64,000 nucleotides of DNA from Octopus vulgaris (lineage: Eukaryota): contig OX597843.1 in the NCBI GenBank assembly GCA_951406725.2, positions 20,212,001-20,276,000 on the forward strand, read 5' to 3'. The translations under genes were made by a program, and so were the position numbers. The notes below the pieces were generated by a model. That model was not told where the DNA came from. It searched no databases and saw only the letters and a program-made list of their open reading frames with translations. This document shows positions 26,560 through 38,680 of the stretch, piece after piece. Position 1 is the first letter of the stretch, and the number at the start of each line of letters is the position of its first letter.

Positions 26560-27310
26560 AAATTAAAAAAACATTTACCCTGTAATTTACCCAAGAAATT
26601 ACAGGGTAAATGTTTTTTTAATTTTCTCCTGTTTACGGAATTAATCTTTATTTGCGGTAGAAGCTTTGGCTGTTATTTCTAGTGGGTGAATGGCCTATTA
26701 TGGCCGTTCCTTAATTGTTAATGTTGAACTTAAAAATGGTCTATGACTATTTAATTTTTTCCCACTGGGCCGCTGGTGGCAATAAAATTCTACAAAATTT
26801 TCCTTGCCACCCTATATTGATTAATTATGAATTTTTTGGTTAATTCCGTAATGGAATCGACGGCTGATATTTATTTGCTGCCGATAAATTTGGCGCGAGT
26901 GCGACGATTTGAAAATTTTAGGTCAGATATTGCCTTGGCAGGATTGGGTATGCCTCGTGTAAATATCTGTTCCGACTTGAGCTATTTCTTGCTGAAGAAT
27001 CTGAGGGCTTATGGAAGATTGGCTTGATTTAATTTAATCAGGTTAGTTTACCATTAAACAGCAGATGAAACGGTATACCGTACAAGAAATTACAGGGTAA
27101 ATGTTTTTTTAATTTTCTCCTGTTTACGGAATTAATCTTTATTTGCGGTAGAAGCTTTGGCTGTTATTTCTAGTGGGTGAATGGCCTATTATGGCCGTTC
27201 CTTAATTGTTAATGTTGAACTTAAAAATGGTCTATGACTATTTAATTTTTTCCCACTGGGCCGCTGGTGGCAATAAAATTCTACAAAATTTTCCTTGCCA
27301 CCCTATATTG

Positions 27311-27314
<4 letters not shown>
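26560..27314 (+). mobile_element. Non-coding retrozyme-like element: 491-nt unit x1.47 with 5' fold-back
   Basis: 26592-26823 is identical to 27083-27314 (232 bp, period 491). The repeat starts at the hammerhead cleavage site. 26560-26588 is the inverted copy of 26596-26624. The 3' end abuts (TA)n. Confidence 0.85.
26984..27090 (+). ncRNA. Intact type I hammerhead ribozyme, predicted cleavage after 27082 (GUA)
   Basis: Stem I ATTTCTTG/CAAGAAAT (8 bp), core CTGAAGA (26992-26998), stem II ATCTG/CAGAT around a long insert, GAAA (27067-27070), stem III ACGG-tata-CCGT, triplet GTA. Confidence 0.9.
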
Positions 27315-27367
<53 letters not shown>

Positions 27368-27477
27368 TGAATGTATATATGAGGAGGAAAACTATATAAA
27401 AATGTGTTGTTCACGATGCACGAAAATTTGGATTTTTTTTAATAAAATTTTTTGTATTGTTTTTTTATTTACATATA

Positions 27478-27519
27478 TACCAAACTGGTTTCAACAATAC
27501 TTTTGGTTTATCAATGGTA
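27478..27519 (-). ncRNA. Minimal hammerhead-like motif (U3-A8 core), paralogue at 54202-54238
   Basis: Minus strand: TACCA-TTGATAA-stem II (imperfect)-GAAA-CCAG-TT-TGGTA. Confidence 0.5.
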
Positions 27520-28289
27520 AAATTTTAAAATAATGAACGAGAAACAATATGTTTCAATGTTTACAAGTTTCAGTAATATGAAATATGATTTAAATATTCA
27601 TAACATTCAATAATATAAAAGATGTGGAACGTCTTGGTTAAAAGCATAAAATTCAAAAGATCGATAAGAAATGTGTATCATCAGAGTTTCTGCCATACAG
27701 GGTAAAGAAAGACAAAAACAAGGGAGAAATTGATATAGTAGAAAAAGGGAAATCTTTGAGCACAGTCTCTGTGAATCATTGTCCGTCGTGTGCAAGGACT
27801 TTTGCTTGTAACGGCGTTTTTTGGAATTGGATGTGTTTACAATTTTTTCCGTGAACCATTCTGATATTTGATTCATTAAATTACAGGTGACGTCTAAGTT
27901 TTCTGGTGGGCGAGATTGTGGTCCTGCCTGAATGACGTCCCTGTGGGGGACGGGCATAAGCCATTCCAGTTGGTTGATTCTCTTAAAGCGTTCGGTTCTG
28001 ATCAGATGTAAAATTTCAATGATTTATGTGACATCAGCAACTGGTGTTTATATGGTGTTATTGTATGGCGATTTGGATTTGCTATTTCGAAACGCGCGTT
28101 AAAAACTGGTACTAAAGATTTTTGAATTATGTCTGTTGCATCTCGGTTTTTATTGTGGAAAAATTATTTCTTTTTCCTTTTTCTGTTTAGTGTTTAAACA
28201 GAGGTGAATAAGCGAGAATGAATTAAACGATATTCTTTATTCTATAACACTACCATTGTATATTGTTCAGATGATATAATTAATATATA

Positions 28290-28607
28290 GCGCATAGATC
28301 TGTGGTTAGAACGTGGAGGTTACAATGGTGAAATTGTGTGTTTGAATCCCGGACCAGGCTGGGTGTTGTGTTCTTGAGCAAGACACTTTATTTCGCGTTG
28401 CTCCAGTTCACTCAGCTATAGAAATGAGTTGCGACGTCACAGGTTCCAAGTTGTATGAGCCCTTTGCCTTTCCCTTAGATAGAGAGGGGAGGCCGGTATT
28501 CATGGGCGACTGCTGGTCTTCCATAAACAAACTTGCCCTGACTTGTGCCTGGGAGGGTAACTTTCTAGGTGCAATTCCACGGTCAGTCATGACCGACGGG
28601 GGGTCTC
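28290..28607 (+). mobile_element. tRNA-derived SINE family 2
   Basis: A degenerate A box and B box (GTTTGAATCC) are followed by GTGTTCTTGAGCAAGACACTT..CCAGTTCACTCAGCT. The paralogue is at 55033-55349. Confidence 0.85.
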
Positions 28608-28855
28608 AGCCCAATCCTTACCATCTATCGTAGGTGTAAAATATGCTTTTATTTGAGTATTTCAATAAGTTCTACGTTAGATCATACTATCATTTCACAG
28701 ACATATGTTCCACTTTTGATGAATGGCAGTGACCAAACAAGATATTAACCATATCATCTTATCAATGAACTACGGGAGTGATGTATAGACACAATTGCAG
28801 GGATATGGAATAAAGAATGTCGTTGAAACCATTCGCTTATTCCTCATCAGCTTTG

Positions 28856-28889
<34 letters not shown>

Positions 28890-28939
28890 TGTATGTATGT
28901 ATGTATCTATGTATGTATGTATATATGTATGTATGTATG

Positions 28940-28973
<34 letters not shown>

Positions 28974-29280
28974 TGTATGTATGTATGTATGTATGTATGT
29001 GTGTGTGTGCCTCCCTTTCCTCTTTTACTTGTCTCAGTAAGTCTACTGCTTTGCAGCAGGAGAATCACCTTGAAGTATGTAACTCGAAGGAATCGAGACC
29101 ACTAACTATTCTTTTAAACCCTGGTAACTACCCTGTCGGCCGCTTATGCGAAATCGCTGACTGACGAGGAATAATAAAAAGCACTAACATAGGTTGTGAA
29201 GAAGTAGTGAGTACAAACATAGAGACTAAGTCACACACATAAACTCGCACACATATGTATATTATATAATTATATATATA

Positions 29281-29339
<59 letters not shown>

Positions 29340-29340
<1 letters not shown>

Positions 29341-29640
29341 TGAGCTAGGACTCTAGTCCATGGAGCGAAAACCGGAGAGGTATGTAGTGATATGTGTGGA
29401 AGTTACTAGGGAAGCTGGTATCAAACTTTGGAATTCAGAATTATACCAGGCGTCGAATTGGACGTCACTGCACTGTTCCTAAAATCCCGGCTCTCTCATT
29501 TAATATTAGGAGAATGTACTGCAATAGTTTGGAGTTCAAGTGCTCACAGATAGTTAACGCCCTGCCAACACATCTGAGGAGTGGGTGTAGATGTTTCAAG
29601 ATACAACTTGACATCTTGCTATCTAAGTGAACCAATATCA
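29340..29640 (+). mobile_element. 3' fragment of a CR1-group LINE (truncated by a deletion in copy B)
   Basis: Peptide LGL.SMER..ERYVV..WK..NFGI..GRHCTVP..YCNSL..NALP..FKIQLD. A longer copy lies at 56398-56840. Confidence 0.6.
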
Positions 29641-30854
29641 TGATGAATAAAAAGTAATATAAGTAGCAAGAAAACAGACAAGATAGACAAACAAAACAAT
29701 AACAAGAAAATTTGGGAATGAGGATAGGAATGATAATAAAAATATATCAACATAAGTAAAATTATCAGACATACAAACAGACACAAACATACGTGGGACA
29801 TGCCAAACGTTCTTTTATGTTGTGGACGACTAGCTACATTAACATCCTTCCTAAAGAAATTGAAACGGCATATGCATCCATCACACTGGAGAGTTTGACC
29901 AAATTTCCCCAGCTGTAGCTCACTGTACAAATAAAAAATGACGACTACCAACCTCAGCACGTCATGTAATTGTAGAGTTTAAAATAACTCATATTATTGA
30001 ACCAGTATCTCAAACGAGTGAGGATGAATATATTTCTATACTTTCTTCTCTTGAAGTGAGTATAACTCTGCATAAATATATATTTCATAATATACCCACC
30101 TATAGACACAAATACAAACAGATATTCACGTGCAATCGTACACTCATACACAAAATGTTAGACATTTATGGAGACACATAGAGACACAAACATTTCATAG
30201 ACACCTTCATACACAGTCTTACATGAAAATAGTAGCAGAACATTAGTTAGAGATAGAGAGAGAAAAAGGAAGATGAGAAGACATCAAGTTCCTAGAAAAA
30301 TTTTGTAAATAAAATAATATCAAAAAACTTTAGCAACTTACATTTTCCCTAACCTTGGAACGTTGTGAAAGGCTCCTTGTGAGATGGTTGTGATCTTATT
30401 CTTATGGAGATATCTGAAAAATAAAACACAGTTCAAAAGAAAAGTATTAAAAAGATTTCTTATAAAATATTAAATCTTGTATCTTTAGAATGATATTAAT
30501 AAAAAGAGGACGGTGAAGGTGAGAATCGCCGAAATGATGTTGATGATGATGATGATGAGAAGGAGGATTGCAATGTTGATCGTAAATGTTGTAATAATGA
30601 CGGTGAGAAGGAAAAGGGGGATAATGATGATGATTATTATCGAAAAGGATGACAAACGCTACCGATTAATTGGTGATGACGACGTTGATTATTATGAGGT
30701 ACATAACGAAGGTGATGGTGATTCTGCATGCTAGAAATAGCAGAGTAAATGAGGGAAGGAAATAGTTATGATGACATGATAAATTATAACGATTAGTGAA
30801 TACGAAAATATGATTAGCAGAAGGAGTATGAATATGATAGCGCTGAAGATGATA

Positions 30855-30855
30855 C

Positions 30856-30891
<36 letters not shown>

Positions 30892-31140
30892 CGACGATGA
30901 TGATGATGATGACGATGATGAAGATGATGACCATAATGATGATGAAAGATGTGATGAAATATTAGAAATTGATAAGAATACCGAAGAATGTGAAGGAAAA
31001 TAAATCATAGAATTATAGATATAGAAAAATAGAAGAAGAAGACGGAGAAGAAGAAGAAGAAGAAGAAGAAGAAGAAGAAGAAGAAGAAGAAGAAGAAGAA
31101 GAAGAAGAAGAAGAAGAAGAAGAAGAAGAAGAAGAAGAAG
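30855..31140 (+). repeat. (GAT)n and (GAA)n microsatellites
   Basis: Directly visible; the tracts are shorter in copy C (about 59955-60160). Confidence 0.95.
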
Positions 31141-31374
31141 CAAATATGATTCATGAAAAGAGGAGAAAGCAGTTGAAAAACTTTAAAAGCAGAAGAACCA
31201 GAATATGATGAACAAGATGAATGTAGAGAAAAAGTTGTGAAGAAGACGATAAATGCAGGAAAAGAAGATATATTAAGACAAGAAACATAACGTGGAATAT
31301 CAGAATGGGGAAACAAGTGGGAATAAAAGAATATTTATACAAATACTGTACTCACACATCAAACAAACACAAAC

Positions 31375-31435
<61 letters not shown>

Positions 31436-31436
<1 letters not shown>

Positions 31437-31967
31437 GTTTATGTATTTGTTTTGCAAGAATTTTGATGTGAAATCGTGTGTTGAAACAGATATTTGTTGT
31501 ATTATTTCGGAATGGTCATATTGCCAGTTTAGCCAATAAAAAACACACGCACTATATATTTGGTGTTACTTTGCTTCAGCGTTATTTATTTTTTACATTA
31601 ATCTTACTCTTATTTCGGCCAGAGTTCTTTCGTCACGCTCCTGTGACCTCATCAGTGGTTCATTGCTTTCTTCATTCATATTTGTGTGTCTATTCTTACT
31701 AACGGTCAGCCATTTTGTATTTTGTATTTCTATCGGATATGTCTTAATTTGCGCCTGAGTATACCTCACTATGTGTCTATATTTAGTTAAAGTGTGTGTG
31801 TCTATGGGAGGGAGTGCCTGTAATATTTGTATCTCCTGTTTATATACGTTCGAAAGAAGATTAAGATTAACGTCAAAAATAAATAAAGATGAATCAAAGT
31901 AACACCAAATATATAGTGCGTGAGTTTTTATTGGCAAAACTGGCAATATGACCATTCCTAAATACAA

Positions 31968-31968
<1 letters not shown>
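31436..31968. mobile_element. PLE pseudo-LTR with inverted partial copy (fold-back) and hammerhead-like motif
   Basis: About 31505-31610 is the inverted repeat of about 31858-31965. The minus strand at 31615-31662 reads ACCA-CTGATGA-G-GTCAC..GTGAC-GAAAG aa CTC-TGGCC. The same sequence flanks the GIY-YIG ORF at 52645-53715. Confidence 0.8.
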
Positions 31969-32011
<43 letters not shown>

Positions 32012-32382
32012 CTGTGTGTGTATGTGTGCGTGTGTGTGTGTGTGTGTGTTTATGTGTGTGTGTGTGTCTGTGTACATACACACATCCACCTATATATACA
32101 TTATCAAACCCTGATGTATAAACGCACACACTCACTTCCAGGCAACAAATATATTCCCACTTTATTACACACAGGCAAACATAAATTGCAAGACAATATG
32201 AATTGTATAAGAATGAGGGTAAATAAAGAAGATAAGAGAGACATTTAGTTTGTGGAAAATACATTGGATGACATATCGTGATCTTATTATGAAGAAGATG
32301 ACTAACATAAGAGAAAGTTGATGATGAAGAATAGGCCGAAAAAGGAAACAACGATGAAGCAGCAGCAACAGCAGTAGTAGTG

Positions 32383-32429
<47 letters not shown>

Positions 32430-33275
32430 TGTATTAGTAGAAGAAGAAGAAGAAGAAGAAGAATATGATGATGATGATGATGCTGATGATGATGATAAGC
32501 AACAACAACAGCATCAACATTAAAACAACAATAAGAGAAATGGCAGAAAATGTCGGAGCTGAAGAAAAGAATGATGTAAAAAATAAGGAGGAAACGAAGG
32601 AGTCTGTCATGAAGAAAACTTGAATATAATATTTCTGATCTTATAATAATTCTGCTTGTCATTATGTTAATTAGTCCGTCGGTAACGCTTTCTCGTGATT
32701 AGAGAAAAAGAGGGAGAACGAAAAAGAGCGAAAGAGAAATGTCCATGACCTGAGGTAGAAGGAACGTGAATGTAATGTTTTCACGTGATTAGTTGAATGG
32801 AAAGAGAGACCAAGAGAAAGAAAAATGAATGAGAAAACGAAAGTAAGTCAAAGAGTGGAGCAGAAAGAGAGGGAGAGGGAGAAAAGGGGAGAGAAAAAAG
32901 AGCGAGGGAGAAAAAGTGGGAGAGGACATGTGGTAGGGGGAACGTAATATTTATTACGTGATGAAAAAGTTAGTTGAAGGTAGTGATATTGAGGAAGGTT
33001 ACGAATATAATTTTAGCAGAGCGGTGATGTTCTGATGGTGAGATTAAAGGAAGGCAGATACGTAGATAAAAAGATAGATAGATCAACTGAGAAAATGAGA
33101 GAAAGGGGAGTGAGAGACGGTGGTAGTGGTTGTGGTGGAAGTGGTAATGGTGATGCATAATGCAAAGTAACTTTTCAATTGAACTAAGTATTTTATATCC
33201 CCTATCACTTAACGTATGCTCATAACTGCAGTTCTGTTAAATATTCACACTTATTTACAATGTCATATGTAAGGT

Positions 33276-33351
<76 letters not shown>

Positions 33352-33589
33352 TACAATTAAGAAATATATACACTATAATTAAAATATATATATATTTCAA
33401 TTAAAATAATGGTGGATACACAGTAAATTCCATCTCAACAAGATCCCGGTTGATGTTACTGCTTCTCATACATTCTGACGTTGGTTGTGCTTCTGCTACG
33501 GCGAAATAGAAATTCGCAGTTTACGGTTATTTGATCGTTAATCCAAAGCTGTGCTTATGAGAGAAGCAAATTACAAAACTTGACTGAAC

Positions 33590-34365
33590 AGTGTATAGAT
33601 AAAGAAGATTAGAAGCTACTCGGGAGAGGGTGAGGCACTACAGGCAGCGTATAAGAGAAGAACAGCGGTAAGAAATCAGAGAAAGGGACAAATGGTACCA
33701 ACAGGTTTGACGATCTGCAATAGATGAAGAACAACGCAAGGCACAATTGTAGTGAGAGAGAATGCGAGACCAAGGTAGAAGACAGGATGAGGAAGAACAA
33801 ACACAGTACAAGGAACAACAAAGATTGATATTTCAGCGGAGAATGGAAATCATGAATGATATGCAGTGTGCGCAGTACCAGGACCAACAGAAAAGTGTAA
33901 TGTAACAGAGAAGGGAAAATATGGATGATTTGGAAAGGGCTGCTTGTCTTCAAGATCAAACAGAGAGACATCAAAATGGTGTTGCAAATATGAATGCTGA
34001 ACAGGCGTTACGTTTGAGAGATGAACTGGTGCAACGAAAGCGTGAAGGAAGACATGGACTACCACTGAACAGAGACACAATAATCCTAAACGAACCTATC
34101 GTATTGGTGATATGTACTTATATTGCGAGTATTGTGGTGCACTGAACTTTAAATATGAAAACTTCATGTTCAATCACGATAATAAAGTGAATTTCCTCCA
34201 CTGCAACTAAACCCTCAGACATTGAAGCGTTTGTCTGAGAAAATTACCAAGAGTCTGCTTCATTTCGAAAAAAAACATCAGCAATTACAACTGCATATCT
34301 TCCTTTACGTCATTTGGTGTGAAACTCTCTGTACCGCAAGGAAGAGGTCTACATTGTTTCTGTAT
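33590..34365 (+). mobile_element. Helitron copy B, N-terminal coding region (interrupted by Gypsy)
   Basis: A charged coil-like region is followed by GDMYLYCEYCGALNFKYE and N.SNYN..SFTSFG..GRGLHCF, resuming at 38681 as RIQGQT. Confidence 0.85.
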
Positions 34366-34578
34366 TGTTGTGGAAGGATTCCGACCACCTTCCAATTGAC
34401 TTAAAGGGAACTGACACATTCCTATTAAATAGACAACTGTCGAGTCTTCAGCAATTAATTGGTAAATAGTTCACCGTGAGCCATTGACAGAGAGCGTTGG
34501 GTAATCGATTCGCGTCGTGTAAACACTTTCTTTCCCCCTGATTCCTTAAATCATCCGTTCCAAACCAGGGTATAAAAG
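34366..34578 (+). repeat. 5' LTR
   Basis: Starts TGTTGTGGAAGGATTCCGACCACCTTCC, is homologous to 38455-38680 and is followed by the PBS. Confidence 0.88.
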
Positions 34579-36535
34579 TGGCGAAGAGTTCTTCGAAGTT
34601 TGCGTTGGACGTTTAGATTTGTTTGGGATGGGTATAAACAAAACAAAATCGTTTACGATAGAAGGCTTAATGGCGTCTGTGGTGCAGTTGCAACAGCAAC
34701 AATAGTAACAACAACAAGACCGAGTACAACAGCAACAACAACAAAACCAATAGTTGCTGGAATCAATGTTAAAGAAGTCTAAAAATACTTCAGGTGCGAA
34801 CTTGCCAGAAATCGTAGCAAACTCTATTGAAGAATTCAGTTATAATCCAGAAGATGGGATTACCTTCTCTGCATATTTTCTAAGATACGAATAAATCTTT
34901 AAAGAAGAATTTATAAATTGATCTGAGGGGGAAAATAGTACGACTACTTTGTAAGACAGGTATCCCATGCCAAAAAAAAAAATATATAGTAATTATATTC
35001 TGCCCATGAAGTCAGGTGAGATTTGTTTCAATAAAAACTATTAACATTTTATCAAATGATTTAGAACTGGACCAAAATTAACTCTACAGACAGAAGTAGA
35101 AGAATGCCAGGAAAGACGACGCAGAAAAAAATGAAAGAAAAGATTGCTCTCATATTCCAGTGTCTCCACCGTAACGGATAAGAAGTCAGACAAAAAATGT
35201 CAAGAAGGAGTCCATGTTGTGGTCTACATTTTAAAAGTAACTGCCCGGTTAAAATCCAAAAACGAAATTTTGTCAAAACGTTTCAGTGAAAGAGGTTCTC
35301 TGCTAAATACGTGAGGACAGTTTTTACATTTTGTCCAAAAACATGAAGATTTCGTTACCTGTGCCGAGGATGTTAACGGAAAGTGTAAAGAATTCAAATT
35401 ATATGAATTAAGATGATGTTCAAATGCATATTTTTTGTTTAAGGCCTAACTGCAAGCAAAGATGGAGATATATGTTCACGGATGTCAACAAAATTAGAAC
35501 TGGACAAAAAGTAACTCTACAAACAGAAGTAGAAGAATGTCAGGAAATACGACGCAGAAAAAATGAAGAAAGCGACGCCCAAAACGAAATTGAACAAAAA
35601 GATTGCTCTCATATTCCAGTGTCTCCACCGTAACGGATAAGAAATAAGAGAAAAAATGTCAAGATCGAATCCATGTTGTGGGTGCGGTGGTCAACATTTT
35701 AAAAGTTACTGTTCGTTTAAAAATATAAAAGGCGTCAAATGTGGCAAGAGAGATCATAAAAAAATCACACTGTAGAACAAACCTGGAAAACAGTTCAAAA
35801 GAAGAAAACACGAAAACAGGTTATCGGTGACCAAAAAACGAACAGCCTCAAAGGAAATTTGTGTACGTAAAGTTGCAACTAGATAAGGGCAGTGATACCT
35901 GTATAATTAACACAGATACATAGAAAAAAAACAGAAATCCTAGATTAAAAGACATTTCGAATATTGTAGGTGGTGTTTCAGGAAAATAATTACATTTTAA
36001 TGGTGTAATGATAAATCACGTTCCATTTTGTAGGAAAACCTCACTAAGTTATTCGGAACACTGAATAGAATTGCTTAACTTATCGGAACTCCCCATAAAT
36101 CTTTTCAGTAAAAATGTGAATGGTTTTCTTGCCAATACAAATGAATCGTCGACTATTTGTAGAAATAATTTTAAAAGATTTTTTCTGAAGTTCTATCTGA
36201 TAAATTAGATCTCAGCATCACAACGAAAACGAAGTTCCAAGTAAAAGTAAATGCCAAACCGGTATTTAAATATAAACAAACTGTAACTTTTGCCTCGTTG
36301 GAACAGATAAACTTTTGCAGCGTTAGAAACAAATAAACAAAATCAGAGTGTATGCTGATTTTTTCCACTGGTTTAAATGAGTGTCTTAAAACGTTCCATT
36401 ATCGGCTACCTACCCTGGGGGATATATTTGCAAAATTAGACGGTGGCAAGGTATTTTCTTAATTGGATCTCTCTGACGCGTACCTACATATTAGAGTAGA
36501 CGATGAATGCTATAAATACCTAAAAATTAACGCAC

Positions 36536-36568
<33 letters not shown>

Positions 36569-38454
36569 CAACAGGTTACTATATGTCTTTAATGTCACAC
36601 CGGCAATTTTTCAACAGCTTATAGATGCAGTGTTAGCGGATAGTGAATTTGCATTTCCATATCTGGATGATATACTCATTAAAAGCGGATCACGGGATCA
36701 ACATGTAGGGCATATAATACATATGTTCGAAAAAATTAGGGATTACATTGAAAAAGAAAGCGTGATTTCTTTCTGACCGAAAATAAAATTGGACAAACAA
36801 TTGAAAGAAATGGAGGAGGACCAGATCCGTTGAAGGCAGACGCAATTAAATACATGCCCCCTCCGACAAAGATGACGACCTTACATGATTGCTTTGGAGA
36901 CAGGCAAATTATGATCAAAATAATATTCTAAATATGCATAGGGTAAGTGTTACAGTAGATTATGTATTTAAAAAATGTCAATTGAAATTGCCCTGAAAAT
37001 TGTCAAAGGGAATTCGACGAAATTTTAAAATATTAACATCTGATTTGTTGTTAGCACGCTTCGATTCTGTAGCGGGCAATGTTGTAACTTCAGATGCCTC
37101 TGAATACTGAATCGGCGCAGTAATGCTACATGAATAAAAAGATGGTAACATGAAGGCAATGGTTCATGATATCAGCAGAAAATATTCCACCCAAATCAAA
37201 AAGAGTCTCTTGTAATTATTTTTGCCATAAAAAATTACATAGATTTTTACACGGCAGAAGTTTTTGAATACAGACAGATCATCGTCCGTTATTATCAGTA
37301 CAAGAGTAAAAGAAGTAAAGATCTAGCCGTACTGCTAATAGGCTGCAACGCTGGGGTACTGTATTATTAAGCTATGAATTTAAGATAGAGTATATACCAT
37401 CTAAAAAATTAGGACACGCTAATTGTTTATCAAGACAGATTTCAGAAAATGACGAAGCATTTGAAGATACCGTGATTGCTACTTTGCGAGCGGAAAATGA
37501 AATTAAAAGCAAACTGTATAACTTCATACGTGAACTGCTATTTACGTTACAAGACATAAAATTACAATTGGGAAACGATATATTCATTACAAAATGAAAG
37601 AAATGCAGAAGTGTTAAAGAGATAAAAGATATTCGAGCCTATCACGAGGTGTGACAATGTGCTGATGTATGCACAAAGAGTCGTAGTGCCAGCCACACTA
37701 CAAAAGCAATTACTAAAGGAATTTCATATTGAGTCAAAGGGATTTCGATAATGAAATCGTTAATGAGAATTTAGGTATACTGGCCAACAACGGACTGTAA
37801 CATTGAAGATATAGTGATAGTATGCAATACGCTGTTCTCTAGCTCCAAATACACCCGTCACAAAATGGCACCCGTGGCCAAAATCACTTAAGGTTTCATA
37901 TCACTTCGTTGTGGGGGACTGTTTTTCAACGTGGTCTGAAGTGCATAAATGTAGAAAGCAGACATCTCTGGTTACAAATATATTTGATGTTTGTTAGAAT
38001 AATCAGATCCATCTTTGATCAGCCGATACCGAGTGAAAATATATAAAAAAAGAAACAATACTTCAAAATTCTTCAAGTTAGGTGACAAAGTGTTTGAAGA
38101 CCTATAGATATAGTAAACAAGGCTGGGAGGATGGTACAATTGTTATATAAATTGCAAGAATGATATTTCTGGTAAAAGGTAAAAACAAATATCGAACATA
38201 AAAGGCTTATTAACCAACTTAAAACCTGATTCAAGGAAAAATCAGACAAAAGAAGTGAATTTCTCACGAAAAAATTGCACGACACGTTTGAGGTACCAAC
38301 ACAGAAACAATTTGTAATTACACATTCTAGCACCAGAAAACGAAACGAATGGAAACACAAGAATTGAGCCCTAAGCATAAGAGATATTAAAATTCTGAGC
38401 GATTTTAATTCTCAAGTGGAGAATTTAGGGGAGACTAATTCTATAAAGGGGAGA

Positions 38455-38680
38455 TGCTGTGGAAAGATTCTGACAACCTTCCAAGTGACTAAAAGTGGTC
38501 TGACACATTTCCATTACATGGAGAACTGTCTAGTCGTAAGCAATTTATTGTGAACAATTGATTGGTAAGCATTTCCCTATGATCCGTTGGCAGAGAGCGT
38601 CGCGTCTCATGTAATAGTAATCGTATTGCGTCGTGTAAACAGCTTCGTTAAATTATATATCCAATACCAGGATATAGAAC
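38455..38680 (+). repeat. 3' LTR
   Basis: Starts TGCTGTGGAAAGATTCTGACAACCTTCC directly after the polypurine tract. Confidence 0.88.

Larger units (their letters stand above)
27370..34165 (+). repeat. Composite duplicated block, copy B (PLE-like relic, SINEs, CR1-like tail, triplet repeats, Helitron 5' coding region)
   Basis: It is collinear with 54085-64000 at roughly 90% identity by eye, with shared internal junctions. Confidence 0.95.
34366..38680 (+). mobile_element. Degenerate Gypsy/Ty3 (Mag-like) LTR retrotransposon with both LTRs and TSD
   Basis: LTRs at 34366-34578 and 38455-38680, PBS-like TGGCGAAGAG, PPT AAAGGGGAGA and TSD GTAT. Coding relics are gag NSIEEFSYNPEDGITFSAYF, RT LDLSDAY..PAIFQ..YLDD, RNase H SDASEY..TDHRPL and integrase VYWP. 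Confidence 0.93.

Noticed and set aside
26592-27314. Direct repeats as LTRs of a TRIM or LTR element, or as a CRISPR array
   Set aside because: There are no TG..CA ends, PBS or TSD, and only two long repeats. The boundary coincides with a ribozyme cleavage site instead.
27607-27957. 116-aa ORF partly conserved in copy C as a captured host gene
   Set aside because: It is frameshifted in copy C, and its similarity is explained by the duplication. It lies next to a hammerhead motif and more likely belongs to a decayed PLE end.
30500-31340. Asp/Glu-rich or poly-Met/Leu/Phe ORFs suggesting an acidic protein exon (also 13467-13700 and 59625-60125)
   Set aside because: They derive from (GAT)n and (GAA)n. 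Stops are present, and frames and tract lengths are not conserved between copies.
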